Assembly (NCBI GenBank): GCA_963742075.1
Contig: CAVUKR010000010.1
Location: forward strand, 24,572-88,571
Source: an uncultured Chloroflexia bacterium
GTDB taxonomy: Bacteria; Chloroflexota; Limnocylindria; Limnocylindrales; CSP1-4
Direction: 5' to 3'
Length of the DNA stretch: 64,000 nt
Shown here: one piece after another, positions 49,499 to 61,503 of the stretch
How the letters are laid out: each line of letters opens with the position of its first letter
Position numbering within the stretch: position 1 is the stretch's first letter
Translations under genes and position numbers: made by a program
Notes under the pieces: model-generated
Told to the model about the DNA's origin: nothing
Database searches by the model: none
Seen by the model: only the letters and a program-made list of their open reading frames with translations

Positions 49499-50274
49499 CC
49501 GGAGCTGCGCCGACCGCGGCGTCCGAGGCGAAGCCGCTGCGCTACCGCCGGATCCTTCTCAAGCTGTCCGGCGAGGCGCTCCTCGGCGACCGCCAATACG
49601 GCGTCGACCCGGCGGTCTGCGTGTTCATCGCGCGCCAGGTCGCCGAGATCCACGCGCTCGGCGTCCAGATCGGCATCGTCGTCGGCGGCGGCAACATCTT
49701 CCGCGGGCTGGCCGCCTCCGCGCGCGGGATGGACCGCGCCACGGGCGACTACATCGGCATGCTCGCGACCGTGATGAACGGGCTCGCCCTCCAGGACGCG
49801 CTCGAACGCGCCGGGGTCCCGACGCGGGTCATGACGGCCATCGCGATGAACGAGGTCGCCGAGCCGTACATCCGCCGCCGGGCGATCCGCCACCTCGAGA
49901 AGGGCCGGGTCACGCTCTTCGTGGCCGGGACGGGGAATCCGTACTTCACCACCGACACGGCCGCCGCCCTGCGCGCGGTCGAGATCAACGCCGAGGTCCT
50001 GCTCAAGGCGACCAAGGTGGACGGCGTCTACGACAAAGACCCGATGGCGCACGCGGATGCGCAGCGGTACGCTCGTCTCGACTACGCGGACCTGTTGCGC
50101 GACCAGCTCAAGGTCCTCGACGCGACGGCCGTGAGCCTGTGCATGGAGAACGACCTGCCCATCGTCGTCTTCGACCTCAACCGACCCGACAACATCACCA
50201 AGGTCGCCGCCGGCGAGCCGGTCGGGACGTTCATCTCGGGCGCCACGAGCGCCGCCGGAGGTGCGCCAGCATGA
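49495..50274 (+). CDS. pyrH: UMP kinase
   Basis: [42 protein letters not shown]. Confidence 0.97.
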   Translation: MTGAAPTAASEAKPLRYRRILLKLSGEALLGDRQYGVDPAVCVFIARQVAEIHALGVQIGIVVGGGNIFRGLAASARGMDRATGDYIGMLATVMNGLALQDALERAGVPTRVMTAIAMNEVAEPYIRRRAIRHLEKGRVTLFVAGTGNPYFTTDTAAALRAVEINAEVLLKATKVDGVYDKDPMAHADAQRYARLDYADLLRDQLKVLDATAVSLCMENDLPIVVFDLNRPDNITKVAAGEPVGTFISGATSAAGGAPA

Positions 50275-50828
50275 GCAGCGAGATCATCGCCGACGCGGAC
50301 CACAAGATGGGTCGAGCGGTCGAGGCCATGGAGCGCGACTTCCAGGGCGTCCGCACCGGCCGCGCGTCGACCGCCCTCGTCGAGCGGATCAACGTCGAGT
50401 ACTACGGGACCTCGACCCCGCTCAACCAGCTCGCCGGGATCAGCGTCCCGGAGCCGCACCAGATCGTCATCCAGCCGTGGGATCGCGGCGTCCTCGGCGC
50501 CATCGAGAAGGCGATCACCAAGAGCGACATCGGGCTGATGCCCAACGTCGACGGGACCGTCGTCCGGCTCAACATCCCGCCGCTGACCGAGGAGCGTCGC
50601 AAGGATCTCGTGCGGGTCGTCCACAAGCGGATGGAGGAAGCCAGGGTCGAGATCCGGAACCTGCGCCGCGAAGGCGCCGACCAGCTCAAGAAGGAAGAGC
50701 GCGACGGCTCGGTCGGGACCGACGAGGCGCACCGCCAGCTCGAGACGCTCCAGCGCACGACCGACCGCCACATCGCGGACGTCGACCGCCTCGGGGCGGC
50801 GAAGGAACAGGAGGTCCTCGAGGTCTAG
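50271..50828 (+). CDS. frr: Ribosome recycling factor
   Basis: [28 protein letters not shown]. Confidence 0.97.
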   Translation: MSSEIIADADHKMGRAVEAMERDFQGVRTGRASTALVERINVEYYGTSTPLNQLAGISVPEPHQIVIQPWDRGVLGAIEKAITKSDIGLMPNVDGTVVRLNIPPLTEERRKDLVRVVHKRMEEARVEIRNLRREGADQLKKEERDGSVGTDEAHRQLETLQRTTDRHIADVDRLGAAKEQEVLEV

Positions 50829-51634
50829 TGGCCCGCTCTGCCCACCTCGCCAGGCCGACCGACGCGCCACCCGCGGCGCATGAGGCGGCGGACACGGAGA
50901 CCGGCCCCGCCCCTGCCGTCCCCGCCGGGGAGACCCCGCTCCTGCCACCGGACGAGCTGCCGCGGCACGTCGCGATCATCATGGACGGCAATCGCCGGTG
51001 GGCGCGCCTGCACGACCTGCCCGAGCTCGATGGCCATGCGGCCGGGGTCGAGGCCATCCGGGCCCTGCTCCGTCACGCGGTCCGACGCGGCGTCCCGGTG
51101 ATGACGCTGTACGCCTTCAGCCGCGAGAACTGGGCCCGCTCGGACGAGGAAGTGACCGGCCTGTTCGGTCTCCTCGAGGCCGCGATCCGGAGCGAGACCG
51201 ACGAGCTCCGGGCCCAGGGCGTCCGGATCCGGCTGCTCGGTCGGGTCGATGAGCTGCCCGACGCGACCCGCCGGTCGATCGGCGAGGCGCTCGACGCGAC
51301 GTCCGATGGCGAGCGGCTGCTCCTCAACATCGCCTTCAACTACGCCGGCCGGACCGAGCTCGTCGACGCGTTCCGACGGCTTGCCGCGAGCGGCATCCCC
51401 GCCGACGAGATCGACGAGGGCGCGATCAGCGCGGCGCTGTACACGGCCGGCCTGCCGGATCCCGATCTCGTCATCCGGACCGGCGGCGAACAGCGCCTGT
51501 CCAACTTCCTGATCTGGCAGTCGGCCTACGCCGAGTTCTACGTCTGCGACGCGCTCTGGCCGGACTTCGGCCCGGACGCCTTCGACGCCGCCCTCCTCGA
51601 ATTCGCGAGCCGGCATCGTCGGTTCGGTCGCTGA
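50828..51634 (+). CDS. uppS: Undecaprenyl/isoprenyl diphosphate synthase
   Basis: HVAIIMDGNRRWA, YAFSRENW, YAGR, DLVIRTGGEQRLSNFLIWQ. Confidence 0.95.
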   Translation: MARSAHLARPTDAPPAAHEAADTETGPAPAVPAGETPLLPPDELPRHVAIIMDGNRRWARLHDLPELDGHAAGVEAIRALLRHAVRRGVPVMTLYAFSRENWARSDEEVTGLFGLLEAAIRSETDELRAQGVRIRLLGRVDELPDATRRSIGEALDATSDGERLLLNIAFNYAGRTELVDAFRRLAASGIPADEIDEGAISAALYTAGLPDPDLVIRTGGEQRLSNFLIWQSAYAEFYVCDALWPDFGPDAFDAALLEFASRHRRFGR

Positions 51635-51655
51635 CCGGCCCGGATCCAGACGGAG

Positions 51656-52482
51656 ATGCGTCAACGAGCGATCAGCGCCGCCGTGCTCGTGCCGGTCCTG
51701 CTGGTGGTGCTCGCACTTGGCGGCCCGGTCCTCTCAGCGGCCGTCGCCCTGGTCACGGCCATCGCCGCGATCGAGGTCTTCCGCCTGCTCAAGAGCGCCG
51801 GATACGCGCCGTTCGCCGCGCTCGGGACCGCGCTGGCGCTCACGATCGTGCTCGACGCCGCGATCCCGGAGCTGCTCGAGGGGAGCGGTCTCCTGCTCGG
51901 CGCGATCGGGATCGTCCTCGTGGCGATCGCCTCGTTCACCAAGATCGAGCCGCGCGACGGCCTGCCGGCATGGATGGCGACGATCTTCGGCGCCTTCTAC
52001 GTCTCGCTCCTGTCGTTCATCATCCGGCTCGGCGACGCGGCACCCGACGTCCCCCCGGCTCGCCGCTGAGCGTCGTCGGCGCTGAGCGCGGCTGGATCCT
52101 GCTGCTGATCCTCGCGGTCTGGTCGTACGACACGGGGGCCTTCCTCGTCGGCAAGAACTTCGGCCGGACGAAGTTCCTGACCCACATCTCGCCGTCGAAG
52201 ACCGTCGAGGGCGTGATCGGCGGGGTCGTGGCCGCCACGGTCGTCGTCGCGCTGATGCTGTGGGGCCTCGGCCAGGACCCGATCCACGCCATCGTGCTCG
52301 GCCCGCTCGCGGCGCTCGCCGCGCAGGCCGGCGACCTTGCCGAGTCGGTCATCAAGCGCGCCGCGGGCGCCAAGGACTCGGGGACGCTGATCCCCGGCCA
52401 CGGCGGGATGCTCGATCGCGTGGATTCGTTCGTCTTCGCCGCCCCGATCGTGACGCTGTATGTCATCGCCGTCATCCGCTGA
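51656..52482 (+). CDS. cdsA: Phosphatidate cytidylyltransferase (frameshift at the C6 run near 52052-52057)
   Basis: MRQRAISA; second frame has DTGAFLVGK, SPSKTVEG, GDLAES, KDSG, PGHGGMLDRVDS. Confidence 0.93.
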
Positions 52483-53713
52483 TCCGGGCGGGGCCGGGGA
52501 CCGAGCGCCGCGCGGGGTCGCTCTTCTCGGTTCGACGGGCTCGATCGGGCGCCAGGCGGTCGATGTCCTCGCCGCGCACCCGGACGACTTCCGGGTCGTG
52601 GCGCTCGCGACCGGGTCCAATGCCGGCCTGCTGGCCGAGCAGGCCGCCCGCCTGCGGCCGGCGGCCGTCGCCCTCGCCGATGCGGCCGCGCTCGCCGGCC
52701 TGGACCTGCCGCCCGGCACCGAGAGGGTCGGCGGCTCGGACGCGCTCGAGACCCTGGCGGTGCGCGACGATGTCGATCTCGTCGTGGTCGGCACGGGCGG
52801 CGTGGTCAGCCTTCGACCGGTGCTCGCGGCGCTGCGGGCCGGCAAGGTCGTGGCAACGGCCAACAAGGAGACGCTCGTGGCCGGCGGCCATCTGGTGATG
52901 CCGCTCGCCCGGGCGCTCGCGGGCGGGGTCGCCGCGTCGCGTCCCTCTGACCCGGACGCAAGCCCGCTCGCCTGGCTCCGCCCGATCGACTCGGAGCATT
53001 CGGCGATCTGGCAGTGCCTCGCCGGCGAGTCGATGGCGAGCGTCGCGGCCCTGATCCTGACCGCCTCGGGTGGTCCGTTCCTCGACGCGACGCCGGCGAT
53101 GCTGGCCGCTGTCACCCCGGCCCAGGCGCTCCGCCACCCGACCTGGACGATGGGCGCCAAGATCACGGTCGACTCCGCGACGCTCGCCAACAAGGGCCTG
53201 GAGGTCATCGAGGCACACTGGCTGTACGATGTCGGCTACGACGCCATCGAGGTCGTCATCCACCCGCAGAGCGTCGTCCACTCGGCCGTCCGCTTCGTCG
53301 ACGGCTCCCTGAAGGCCCAGCTGGGCACACCCGACATGAGACTCCCCATCCAGTACGCGTTGACCTATCCCGACCGCCGGCCCTCACGGGCCACGCCGCC
53401 CGATCTCGTGGCCGCCGCCCGGCTCGACTTCCGTGCCCCCGACGAGACGCGCTTCCCCGCGCTGCGGATCGCCCGCGAGGCCGGTCGCCTGGGTCCGCGC
53501 GCCTCGGCCGCGCTGATCGCCGCGGACGACGTCGCGGTCGGGCGCTTCCTCGACGGGACCCTCGGCTTCACGGGCATCCCGGCCCTGCTCGAGGCGGCCG
53601 TGGCGCGGTTCGGGGGAACCGCCGAGCCGGCACCGGACGTCGAGGACCTCGTCGAGCTCGACACCGCCGTTCGCGCGGCTTTCGCGACCACCTCGTTCGG
53701 AGTACCCGCGTGA
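52460..53713 (+). CDS. dxr: 1-deoxy-D-xylulose 5-phosphate reductoisomerase
   Basis: LGSTGSIG, ANKETLV, PIDSEH, TASGGPF, HPTWTMG, NKGLEVIEA, HPQS, PDMRLPI. Confidence 0.97.
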   Translation: MSSPSSADPGGAGDRAPRGVALLGSTGSIGRQAVDVLAAHPDDFRVVALATGSNAGLLAEQAARLRPAAVALADAAALAGLDLPPGTERVGGSDALETLAVRDDVDLVVVGTGGVVSLRPVLAALRAGKVVATANKETLVAGGHLVMPLARALAGGVAASRPSDPDASPLAWLRPIDSEHSAIWQCLAGESMASVAALILTASGGPFLDATPAMLAAVTPAQALRHPTWTMGAKITVDSATLANKGLEVIEAHWLYDVGYDAIEVVIHPQSVVHSAVRFVDGSLKAQLGTPDMRLPIQYALTYPDRRPSRATPPDLVAAARLDFRAPDETRFPALRIAREAGRLGPRASAALIAADDVAVGRFLDGTLGFTGIPALLEAAVARFGGTAEPAPDVEDLVELDTAVRAAFATTSFGVPA

Positions 53714-54804
53714 CAGGTTTCGCCCAGTCGATCATCACGATCGCGCTGTTCATCTTCATCCTCGGGGCGCTCGTGATCATCCACGAGCTCGGCCACTTCC
53801 TGACCGCCCGCGCCTTCCGTGTCCGCGTCCTCGAGTTCGGGATCGGCTTCCCGCCGCGGGCCAAGGTGATGCGCTCCAAGGGCGAGACCCTGTACACGCT
53901 CAACTGGCTGCCGATCGGCGGGTTCGTCAAGCTCGAGGGCGAGGATGGCACCGACGCCGACGACCCGCGGTCGTTCGCCGCCCAGCGCTATCCGACCAAG
54001 ATGCTGATCCTGGTCGCCGGCGTCGCGATGAACGTCCTGCTCGCGTTCGCGATCTTCACCGGGATCGCCCTGTACGGCGACCCGACGATCGGATTCACGG
54101 TGGGCGCCGTCCAGCCGGGTTCGCCCGCAGAAGCGGCCGGGATCCAGGCGAAGGACGTCGTCGTCAGCGTCGACGGGACCTACTACGGCGCGTTCAGCGG
54201 GACCTCCGTGCTCGCCGTCCTCCACGAGCGCGCCGGCGAGACGGTGACTCTCGGCCTCGAACATCCGGACGGCACCAAGAGCGAGGTCACCACGACCCTG
54301 CGGCCGGCCAGCCAGATCGACACGACCCACGGCGCGCTCGGCATCGAGACGCTCGGCGGGACGACGACCTCGGTCAGCCTCCACTACAGCGTCGGCGAGG
54401 CGATCCGGATCGGTGCCCAGCGGACGGTCGATGCGCTCGGACTGATCGTCGGCGGGCTCGGCCAGCTGGCGGATTCGATCGTCAACCACCCGACCGAGGC
54501 GCCGCCGGTCCAGGGCCCGGTCGGCATCGCGACCCAGATCGGCGATGTCTTCTGGCAGCTCGGGCCGATCGTCACCCTGTACGTCGCGGGCGTGCTCTCG
54601 GCCAACCTGGCCGTGGTCAACATCCTGCCGTTCCCGCCGCTCGACGGTGGCCGGATGCTGATCATCACCCTCAAGCGGCTGTTCGGCGCGCGGATCAGCG
54701 TCCGGGCGGAGCAGCTCACCTACATGGTCGGCTTCGTCTTCCTGTTCGTCTTCCTGATCTGGATCACCGGCTTCGACATCGCCCGCGGGCTCGGCGGCTC
54801 GTAG
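53710..54804 (+). CDS. rseP: RIP metalloprotease (M50, one PDZ domain)
   Basis: [39 protein letters not shown]. Confidence 0.93.
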   Translation: MTGFAQSIITIALFIFILGALVIIHELGHFLTARAFRVRVLEFGIGFPPRAKVMRSKGETLYTLNWLPIGGFVKLEGEDGTDADDPRSFAAQRYPTKMLILVAGVAMNVLLAFAIFTGIALYGDPTIGFTVGAVQPGSPAEAAGIQAKDVVVSVDGTYYGAFSGTSVLAVLHERAGETVTLGLEHPDGTKSEVTTTLRPASQIDTTHGALGIETLGGTTTSVSLHYSVGEAIRIGAQRTVDALGLIVGGLGQLADSIVNHPTEAPPVQGPVGIATQIGDVFWQLGPIVTLYVAGVLSANLAVVNILPFPPLDGGRMLIITLKRLFGARISVRAEQLTYMVGFVFLFVFLIWITGFDIARGLGGS

Positions 54805-54811
54805 GGACCGC

Positions 54812-56050
<1,239 letters not shown>

Positions 56051-56103
56051 GCCGTCCACGCTCCCGGGTATATACTCCCCGGAACTGAACGGCCGCTCCG
56101 TGG

Positions 56104-56131
56104 ACGTGGGTGACCCCCACGTTTCTTTTTT
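56104..56131 (+). terminator. Intrinsic terminator (attenuator) in the nusA 5' leader
   Basis: ACGTGGG-TGACC-CCCACGT followed by TTCTTTTTT, between TATACT (56071-56076) and the nusA start. Confidence 0.8.
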
Positions 56132-56170
56132 GAGCGCCGCATGACATCTGCACAACGAACGGAGGCCATC

Positions 56171-57592
56171 GTGAGTCGAGACTTCGTCGGTGCCCTCCTC
56201 CAGCTCAACGCCGAGAAGCAGATCTCGCGAGAGCAGCTCATCGGAGCCGTCGAGGACGGCATCCAGTCGGCATATCGGCGCGTCGCCGGTGACGAGGACA
56301 TCCATGTCAGGATCGACGCCGAGACCGGCAAGATCCGCGTCTTCCGCGCGCGCCGCGTCGTCGGCGAGGTCGAGGACGAGTTCACCGAGATGACCGTCGA
56401 GCAGGCCAAGGCATTCCAGGCCGGGGCCGAGATCGGCGACCTCGTGGAGACCGAGCAGCTCGACGGCGATGTCTTCGGCCGGATCGGCGCACAGACCGCC
56501 AAGCAGATCGTCCTCCAGCGCATCCGCGAGGTCGAGCGCGACCAGGTCTTCGACCAGTTCGCCAGCCGCGAAGGCGAGCTGATGACGGGCACCGTGAACC
56601 GGGTCGAGCCGCGGGCGATCATCCTCGATGTCGGCAAGAACGTCGAGGCGATCCTGGCCACGACCGAGCAGAGCGCGCTCGAGCACTACCGGATCGGCCA
56701 GAACGTCAAGGCGTTCGTGCTCGAGGTCCGGCGTTCCACCAAGGGCCCGCAGATCTTCGTCAGCCGCACCCACAAGGGCTTCCTCAAGCGCCTGTTCGAG
56801 CTCGAGGTCCCCGAGATCCACAACGGCACGGTCGAGATCAAGGCCATCGCCCGGGAGGCCGGGAGCCGATCGAAGGTCGCGGTCGCCTCGCGCCAGGAAG
56901 GACTCGATCCGGTCGGTGCGACAGTCGGCCAGCGCGGTGCGCGGGTCCAGGCGGTCGTCGCGGAGCTGTCGGGCGAGAAGATCGACGTCATCCCGTGGAG
57001 CGACGACGCGAGCCTGTTCGTCGCCAATGCCCTGAGCCCCGCCCAGGTCATCTCCGTCGACATCGATGAGGACCGTCGCATCGCGAGTGTGACCGTCCCG
57101 GAGCGGATGCTCTCGCTGGCGATCGGTCGCGAGGGACAGAACGCCCGGCTCGCGGCGCGCCTGACCGGCTGGCGGATCGACATCCGGAGCGACGTCTCGG
57201 TCGCCGAGGCGAAGGCCGCCGCCGATGCCGTCACGGCCGGACCGTCCACCGAGGCCGGGACGCCGGTGCCGACGGAGGTCGGCGCCACGGACGCCTCGGC
57301 GACACCCGTCGTCACGGATGCCCCGAAGCCCCGGCGGGTCACGAAGAAGGCTGCGCCGGAAGCCATCGAGGCTGCGGCCGACGCCGACGCTCCTGTCGCC
57401 GAGACCTCGACGGCGGAGCCGGAGCCCGCCGTGAAGCCCAAGCGAGCGACGAAGCCCACGGTCAAGGCGACCCCGCTCGAGCCGGACATCACCGCGACCG
57501 ACGGTGCCGCGCCGGACGTGGCCGCCGCCAAGCCGAAGCGCGCTGCGAAGATGGCCGCGGCACCTGTCCCATCCGGGGAGGTGGCGTCGTAG
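56171..57592 (+). CDS. nusA: Transcription termination/antitermination factor NusA with Pro/Ala/Lys-rich tail
   Basis: [12 protein letters not shown]1 domain, [41 protein letters not shown]; SD GGAGG before GTG. Confidence 0.96.
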   Translation: MSRDFVGALLQLNAEKQISREQLIGAVEDGIQSAYRRVAGDEDIHVRIDAETGKIRVFRARRVVGEVEDEFTEMTVEQAKAFQAGAEIGDLVETEQLDGDVFGRIGAQTAKQIVLQRIREVERDQVFDQFASREGELMTGTVNRVEPRAIILDVGKNVEAILATTEQSALEHYRIGQNVKAFVLEVRRSTKGPQIFVSRTHKGFLKRLFELEVPEIHNGTVEIKAIAREAGSRSKVAVASRQEGLDPVGATVGQRGARVQAVVAELSGEKIDVIPWSDDASLFVANALSPAQVISVDIDEDRRIASVTVPERMLSLAIGREGQNARLAARLTGWRIDIRSDVSVAEAKAAADAVTAGPSTEAGTPVPTEVGATDASATPVVTDAPKPRRVTKKAAPEAIEAAADADAPVAETSTAEPEPAVKPKRATKPTVKATPLEPDITATDGAAPDVAAAKPKRAAKMAAAPVPSGEVAS

Positions 57593-57912
57593 ACCGGCAG
57601 GCGAGGGCCGGCGCCTCGCGGCGCGTCCCCGATCGAACCTGCGTCGCGTGTCGGACCGTGCGTCCGAAGCGTGACCTCATGCGCATCGTGCGGACTCCCA
57701 CCGGCGAGGTGCGCGGCGACCCGTCGGGCCGGGCGGCCGGTCGTGGCGCGTACATCTGCCGCACCGCCGAGTGCCTTGACAAGTCGATCTCGAAGGGCGC
57801 CCTCAGCCGGGCGCTCAAGACCCCGCTCCCGGCCGATCTGCGCGAGACGCTGGCCGCGAGCCTCGAACCCATGAACACGATCATCGAAGGAGGAGCCCGT
57901 GGCCAGGAGTAG
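57589..57912 (+). CDS. ylxR: YlxR/DUF448 family RNA-binding protein (no canonical start before the conserved motif)
   Basis: [22 protein letters not shown]; lies between nusA and infB. Confidence 0.88.
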   Translation, partial: VDRQARAGASRRVPDRTCVACRTVRPKRDLMRIVRTPTGEVRGDPSGRAAGRGAYICRTAECLDKSISKGALSRALKTPLPADLRETLAASLEPMNTIIEGGARGQE

Positions 57913-59806
57913 GAGCGGCACGCGCGGCCGACGCGGCCCCCGCAAGCCGCCGCGTCGCGACGGCGCATTCAACGGAGCCGGCGTCCAGACGCTCGACCCG
58001 CGAGAGCGTGGCGCGATCGAGCTGCCTGCCACGATCACGGTCAAGGAGCTGGCCGAGCTGCTCGGGGTCAACCCGGCCGACATCATCCGCGAGCTGATCA
58101 AGAGCGGGATCTTCGCCACCATCAACCAGCTCGTCGATCGCGACACGGCATCCCTCGTGGCCGGCGAGCTCGGGTACGAGGTGGCCGAGACGGAAGCCTC
58201 GCACCATGCCGGTGGCGCGGACGAGACGGATGGACAGGTCGCCGAGGCGACCAAGGAGGTCCTGTACGAGGAGGACGATCCGTCTCTCCTCCAGCCGCGC
58301 GCGCCGATCGTGACCGTCATGGGCCACGTCGACCACGGCAAGACGAGTCTCCTCGACGCGATCCGGACGACCGAGGTCGCGGCGGGCGAGCGGGGCGGGA
58401 TCACGCAGCACATCGGTGCGAGCGAGGTCGTCAAGGACGGCAAGCGGGTCGTCTTCCTCGACACGCCGGGCCACGAGGCGTTCACGGCGATGCGTGCCCG
58501 CGGTGCCCGGGTGACCGACATCGCGGTGGTCGTGGTCGCGGCGGACGACGGCGTGATGCCCCAGACGCTCGAGGCGATCAGCCACGCCAAGGCGGCCAAA
58601 GTCCCGATCATCATCGCCCTCAACAAGATCGACAAGCCCGACGCCAACGCCGACCGCGTCAAGACCGAGCTGACGGAAGCCGGCATCGTGGTCGAGGAAT
58701 ACGGCGGCGACGTCCCACTCGTTCCGGTCTCGGCCAAGACCCGGGTCGGGCTCGACGAGCTGATCGAGATGATCTTGCTCGTGGCCGACCTGCAGGAGCT
58801 CAAGGCCAACCCCAAGCGCTCGGCCATCGGCACCATCGTCGAGGCCAAGCTCGACAAGGGCCGCGGCCCGGTCGCGACCGCCTTGGTCCAGACCGGGACG
58901 CTCAAGGTCGGCGACATCATCGTCGTGGGCGAGACCTTCGGGCGCGTCCGCGCCCTCGAGAACGACCTGGGGAAGCGCGTGACCAAGGCCGGGCCGTCCA
59001 GCGCCGTGGTCATCCTCGGCTTGTCGGACGTCCCCCAGGCCGGCGACATCCTCCGCGTCGTGGGCGACGAGAAGGAGGCCCGGACGCTCGTCGAGACCCG
59101 CAAGGCAGAGTCCGCGGCCAAGAGCGGGGAGGGGAGCGGCCGAGCCACCCTCGAGGACCTCTACAGCCAGATCCAGGCGGGTCAGGCAAAGGAGCTCCGG
59201 ATCATCCTCAAGGCCGACGTGTCGGGGTCGCTCGGGGCCATCACCCATGCGCTCGAGCAGCTCGACCAGGACGAGATCAGGCTCAACGTCCTCCTCGAGG
59301 GGGCCGGAGACATCACCGACAACGACATCATGCTGGCGGCCGCCTCTGATGCGATCGTCGTCGGCTTCAACACCAAGATCACCGAGACGGCACGGCGGGC
59401 GGCGGAGGTCGAAGGGGTCGATGTCCGGCTGTACGACATCATCTACAAGCTGACCGACGACGTCGAAGCCGCGCTCAAGGGTCTGCTCGAGCCTGAGGTC
59501 GTCGAAGTCGTGGAGGGTCGGGCGGAAGTCCGCCAGGTCATCCGCGTCGGCAAGAACACGGTCATCGCCGGTTCGTTCGTGACCGACGGCCGGATCGTCC
59601 GCGGCGGCAACGCCCGGGTGTGGCGCAGCTCCAAGGTCATCGCAACCGACCGGATCGAGTCGCTGCGCCGCTTCCGCGATGACGTCCGCGAAGTCCAGGC
59701 CAATTACGAGTGCGGCATCGGCCTGGCGAACTTCCACGACATCGTCGAGGGGGACATCATCGAGTGTTTCACCTCGCAGACAGTCTCACGAGCGTCGGCC
59801 AACTGA
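57899..59806 (+). CDS. infB: Translation initiation factor IF-2 (short N-terminus)
   Basis: [41 protein letters not shown]. Confidence 0.97.
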   Translation: MARSRSGTRGRRGPRKPPRRDGAFNGAGVQTLDPRERGAIELPATITVKELAELLGVNPADIIRELIKSGIFATINQLVDRDTASLVAGELGYEVAETEASHHAGGADETDGQVAEATKEVLYEEDDPSLLQPRAPIVTVMGHVDHGKTSLLDAIRTTEVAAGERGGITQHIGASEVVKDGKRVVFLDTPGHEAFTAMRARGARVTDIAVVVVAADDGVMPQTLEAISHAKAAKVPIIIALNKIDKPDANADRVKTELTEAGIVVEEYGGDVPLVPVSAKTRVGLDELIEMILLVADLQELKANPKRSAIGTIVEAKLDKGRGPVATALVQTGTLKVGDIIVVGETFGRVRALENDLGKRVTKAGPSSAVVILGLSDVPQAGDILRVVGDEKEARTLVETRKAESAAKSGEGSGRATLEDLYSQIQAGQAKELRIILKADVSGSLGAITHALEQLDQDEIRLNVLLEGAGDITDNDIMLAAASDAIVVGFNTKITETARRAAEVEGVDVRLYDIIYKLTDDVEAALKGLLEPEVVEVVEGRAEVRQVIRVGKNTVIAGSFVTDGRIVRGGNARVWRSSKVIATDRIESLRRFRDDVREVQANYECGIGLANFHDIVEGDIIECFTSQTVSRASAN

Positions 59807-59951
59807 GGCCCGCGTGGAACTGCGAATCGCCGCCCGGGCGGTCGAGGCGAAGGCGCCGATGAGCACGAGAGCGAGCGCACCCGATGGTGCGTGAGCGAAC
59901 GCGCGCAGCCGGCAACGCACGCATCGGCAGCCCCGGCGGCGACCAAGTTCG

Positions 59952-60485
59952 ATGAGCCAGAGAACCGATCGGGTCGACGAGCTGCTCCGCCAGGAGATCG
60001 GGGCGATCGTGACGAGGGATGTCGCGGATCCGCGGGTGGGGTTCGCGACGATCACATCGGTCGAGACGACGCCCGATCTGCGCCACGCGCGGGTCTGGGT
60101 GAGCGTCATCGGGCAGCCCGCCGAGCGGGACGCCGCGGTCGCGGCCCTGCAGCATGCGATGCCGTTCATCCGGCACGAGCTCGGGAAGACGTTGCGGATC
60201 AAGCGGATCCCGGACCTGCACGTCCATCTCGACGAGACGGCCGAGCGCGGCACGCGGATCCTCCGGCTGCTCGCCGAGATCGAGACCGGCGCGGTGCCCG
60301 AGGCGGACATCCCGGTCGCCGAATCGCTGCCGACGCCGGTCCCGCGCGTCCACCAGGCAGACGACCTGGCCGAGGAGCCTCCATCGGCAGTCCGGCCGCC
60401 GACCCCGGCCCGGCGGCGGTGGACCGCGCGCTCCGGTCCGCATCCGGGGACGCCGCGCAAGACGAACCGCCGGTCGTCCCGATGA
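59952..60485 (+). CDS. rbfA: Ribosome-binding factor A
   Basis: RVDELLRQEI, DPR, DLRHARVWVS, KRIPDLHVHLD. Confidence 0.95.
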   Translation: MSQRTDRVDELLRQEIGAIVTRDVADPRVGFATITSVETTPDLRHARVWVSVIGQPAERDAAVAALQHAMPFIRHELGKTLRIKRIPDLHVHLDETAERGTRILRLLAEIETGAVPEADIPVAESLPTPVPRVHQADDLAEEPPSAVRPPTPARRRWTARSGPHPGTPRKTNRRSSR

Positions 60486-61501
60486 GCGTCGACCTCGGGC
60501 CGTATCTCGGTGTCGTGCCGCAGGCGGTGATCGATCGCCTCCGCGGCTCTCGACGCGTGCTGGCGGTCAGCCACGAGAACCCTGACGCGGACACGCTCGG
60601 TGCGACGCTCGCAGTCGTGCGCCTCGTCGAGACGATCGGCGGTCGCGCCGATGCCGTCTGCACCGACCCGGTCCCGCCGCTGTACGCCTTCATGGCCGGC
60701 ATCGACCGCTTCCGGCTCGACCCGGATCCGGACGCGGACTACGACCTCGCGGTCCTCTCCGATTGTGGTTCGCTCGAGCGGATCGGCGAGGTCGGTGCCC
60801 GCCATGCCGAGCTGTTCGAACGCCTCCCGCGGGTCATCATCGACCACCACGCCTCGAACGACGCGAGCGGCGAGGCTGACTGGATCGACCCGCGTGCGGC
60901 AGCGACCTGCGAGATGGTGACACTCCTCGCGACCCGCCTTGGCGTGGACCTCGCGTCGGGTGACGGCGCGCTCGCCGCGTCTCTGATGGCGGGGATCGTC
61001 ATGGACACCGCGACCTTCGCCCACCCGAATGCCACCCCGCGAACGCTGGTGGTCTCGGCGGCCCTCGTCGAGGCGGGTGCGCCGCTCTCCGACATCTCGC
61101 GCCGCCTGTACCGCACCAAGCCGGATGCGCAGCTGCGGCTGTTCGGGATCGTCCTCGACCGGCTCGAGAGCGCGGACGACGGGCGCGTCATCTGGTCGAG
61201 CCTGACCGAGGCGGACATCGCGGCGACCGGCGCCGAGCGCGCTCACTCGGAGGGGATCATCGACCTCCTGTCGCAGGCGGAGGCCGCCGAGGTCGCGATC
61301 CTGTTCAAGGAAGCCGGTCGCTCGACCCGGGTCAGCGTCCGGACGAAGCCGGGCGGCGTCGACGCGACCGTCCTGACCGGGCGGTTCGGGGGCGGCGGCC
61401 ACGCCCGGGCGGCCGGAGCGTCGATCGAGGCGCCGCTCGACGAGGCCCGGCCGCCGGTGCTCGCCGAGGCGAACCGGCTCGTGGCCGAGCTGGCGCGCTG
61501 A
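60482..61501 (+). CDS. nrnA: DHH/DHHA1 phosphoesterase (nanoRNase / pAp phosphatase)
   Basis: HENPDADTLG, IDHH, MDTATF, RVSVR, GGGGHARAAG. Confidence 0.88.
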   Translation: MSVDLGPYLGVVPQAVIDRLRGSRRVLAVSHENPDADTLGATLAVVRLVETIGGRADAVCTDPVPPLYAFMAGIDRFRLDPDPDADYDLAVLSDCGSLERIGEVGARHAELFERLPRVIIDHHASNDASGEADWIDPRAAATCEMVTLLATRLGVDLASGDGALAASLMAGIVMDTATFAHPNATPRTLVVSAALVEAGAPLSDISRRLYRTKPDAQLRLFGIVLDRLESADDGRVIWSSLTEADIAATGAERAHSEGIIDLLSQAEAAEVAILFKEAGRSTRVSVRTKPGGVDATVLTGRFGGGGHARAAGASIEAPLDEARPPVLAEANRLVAELAR

Positions 61502-61503
61502 GC

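Noticed and set aside
52045-52069. Split cdsA
   Set aside because: The break is at a C6 homopolymer, a typical long-read indel in an essential gene.
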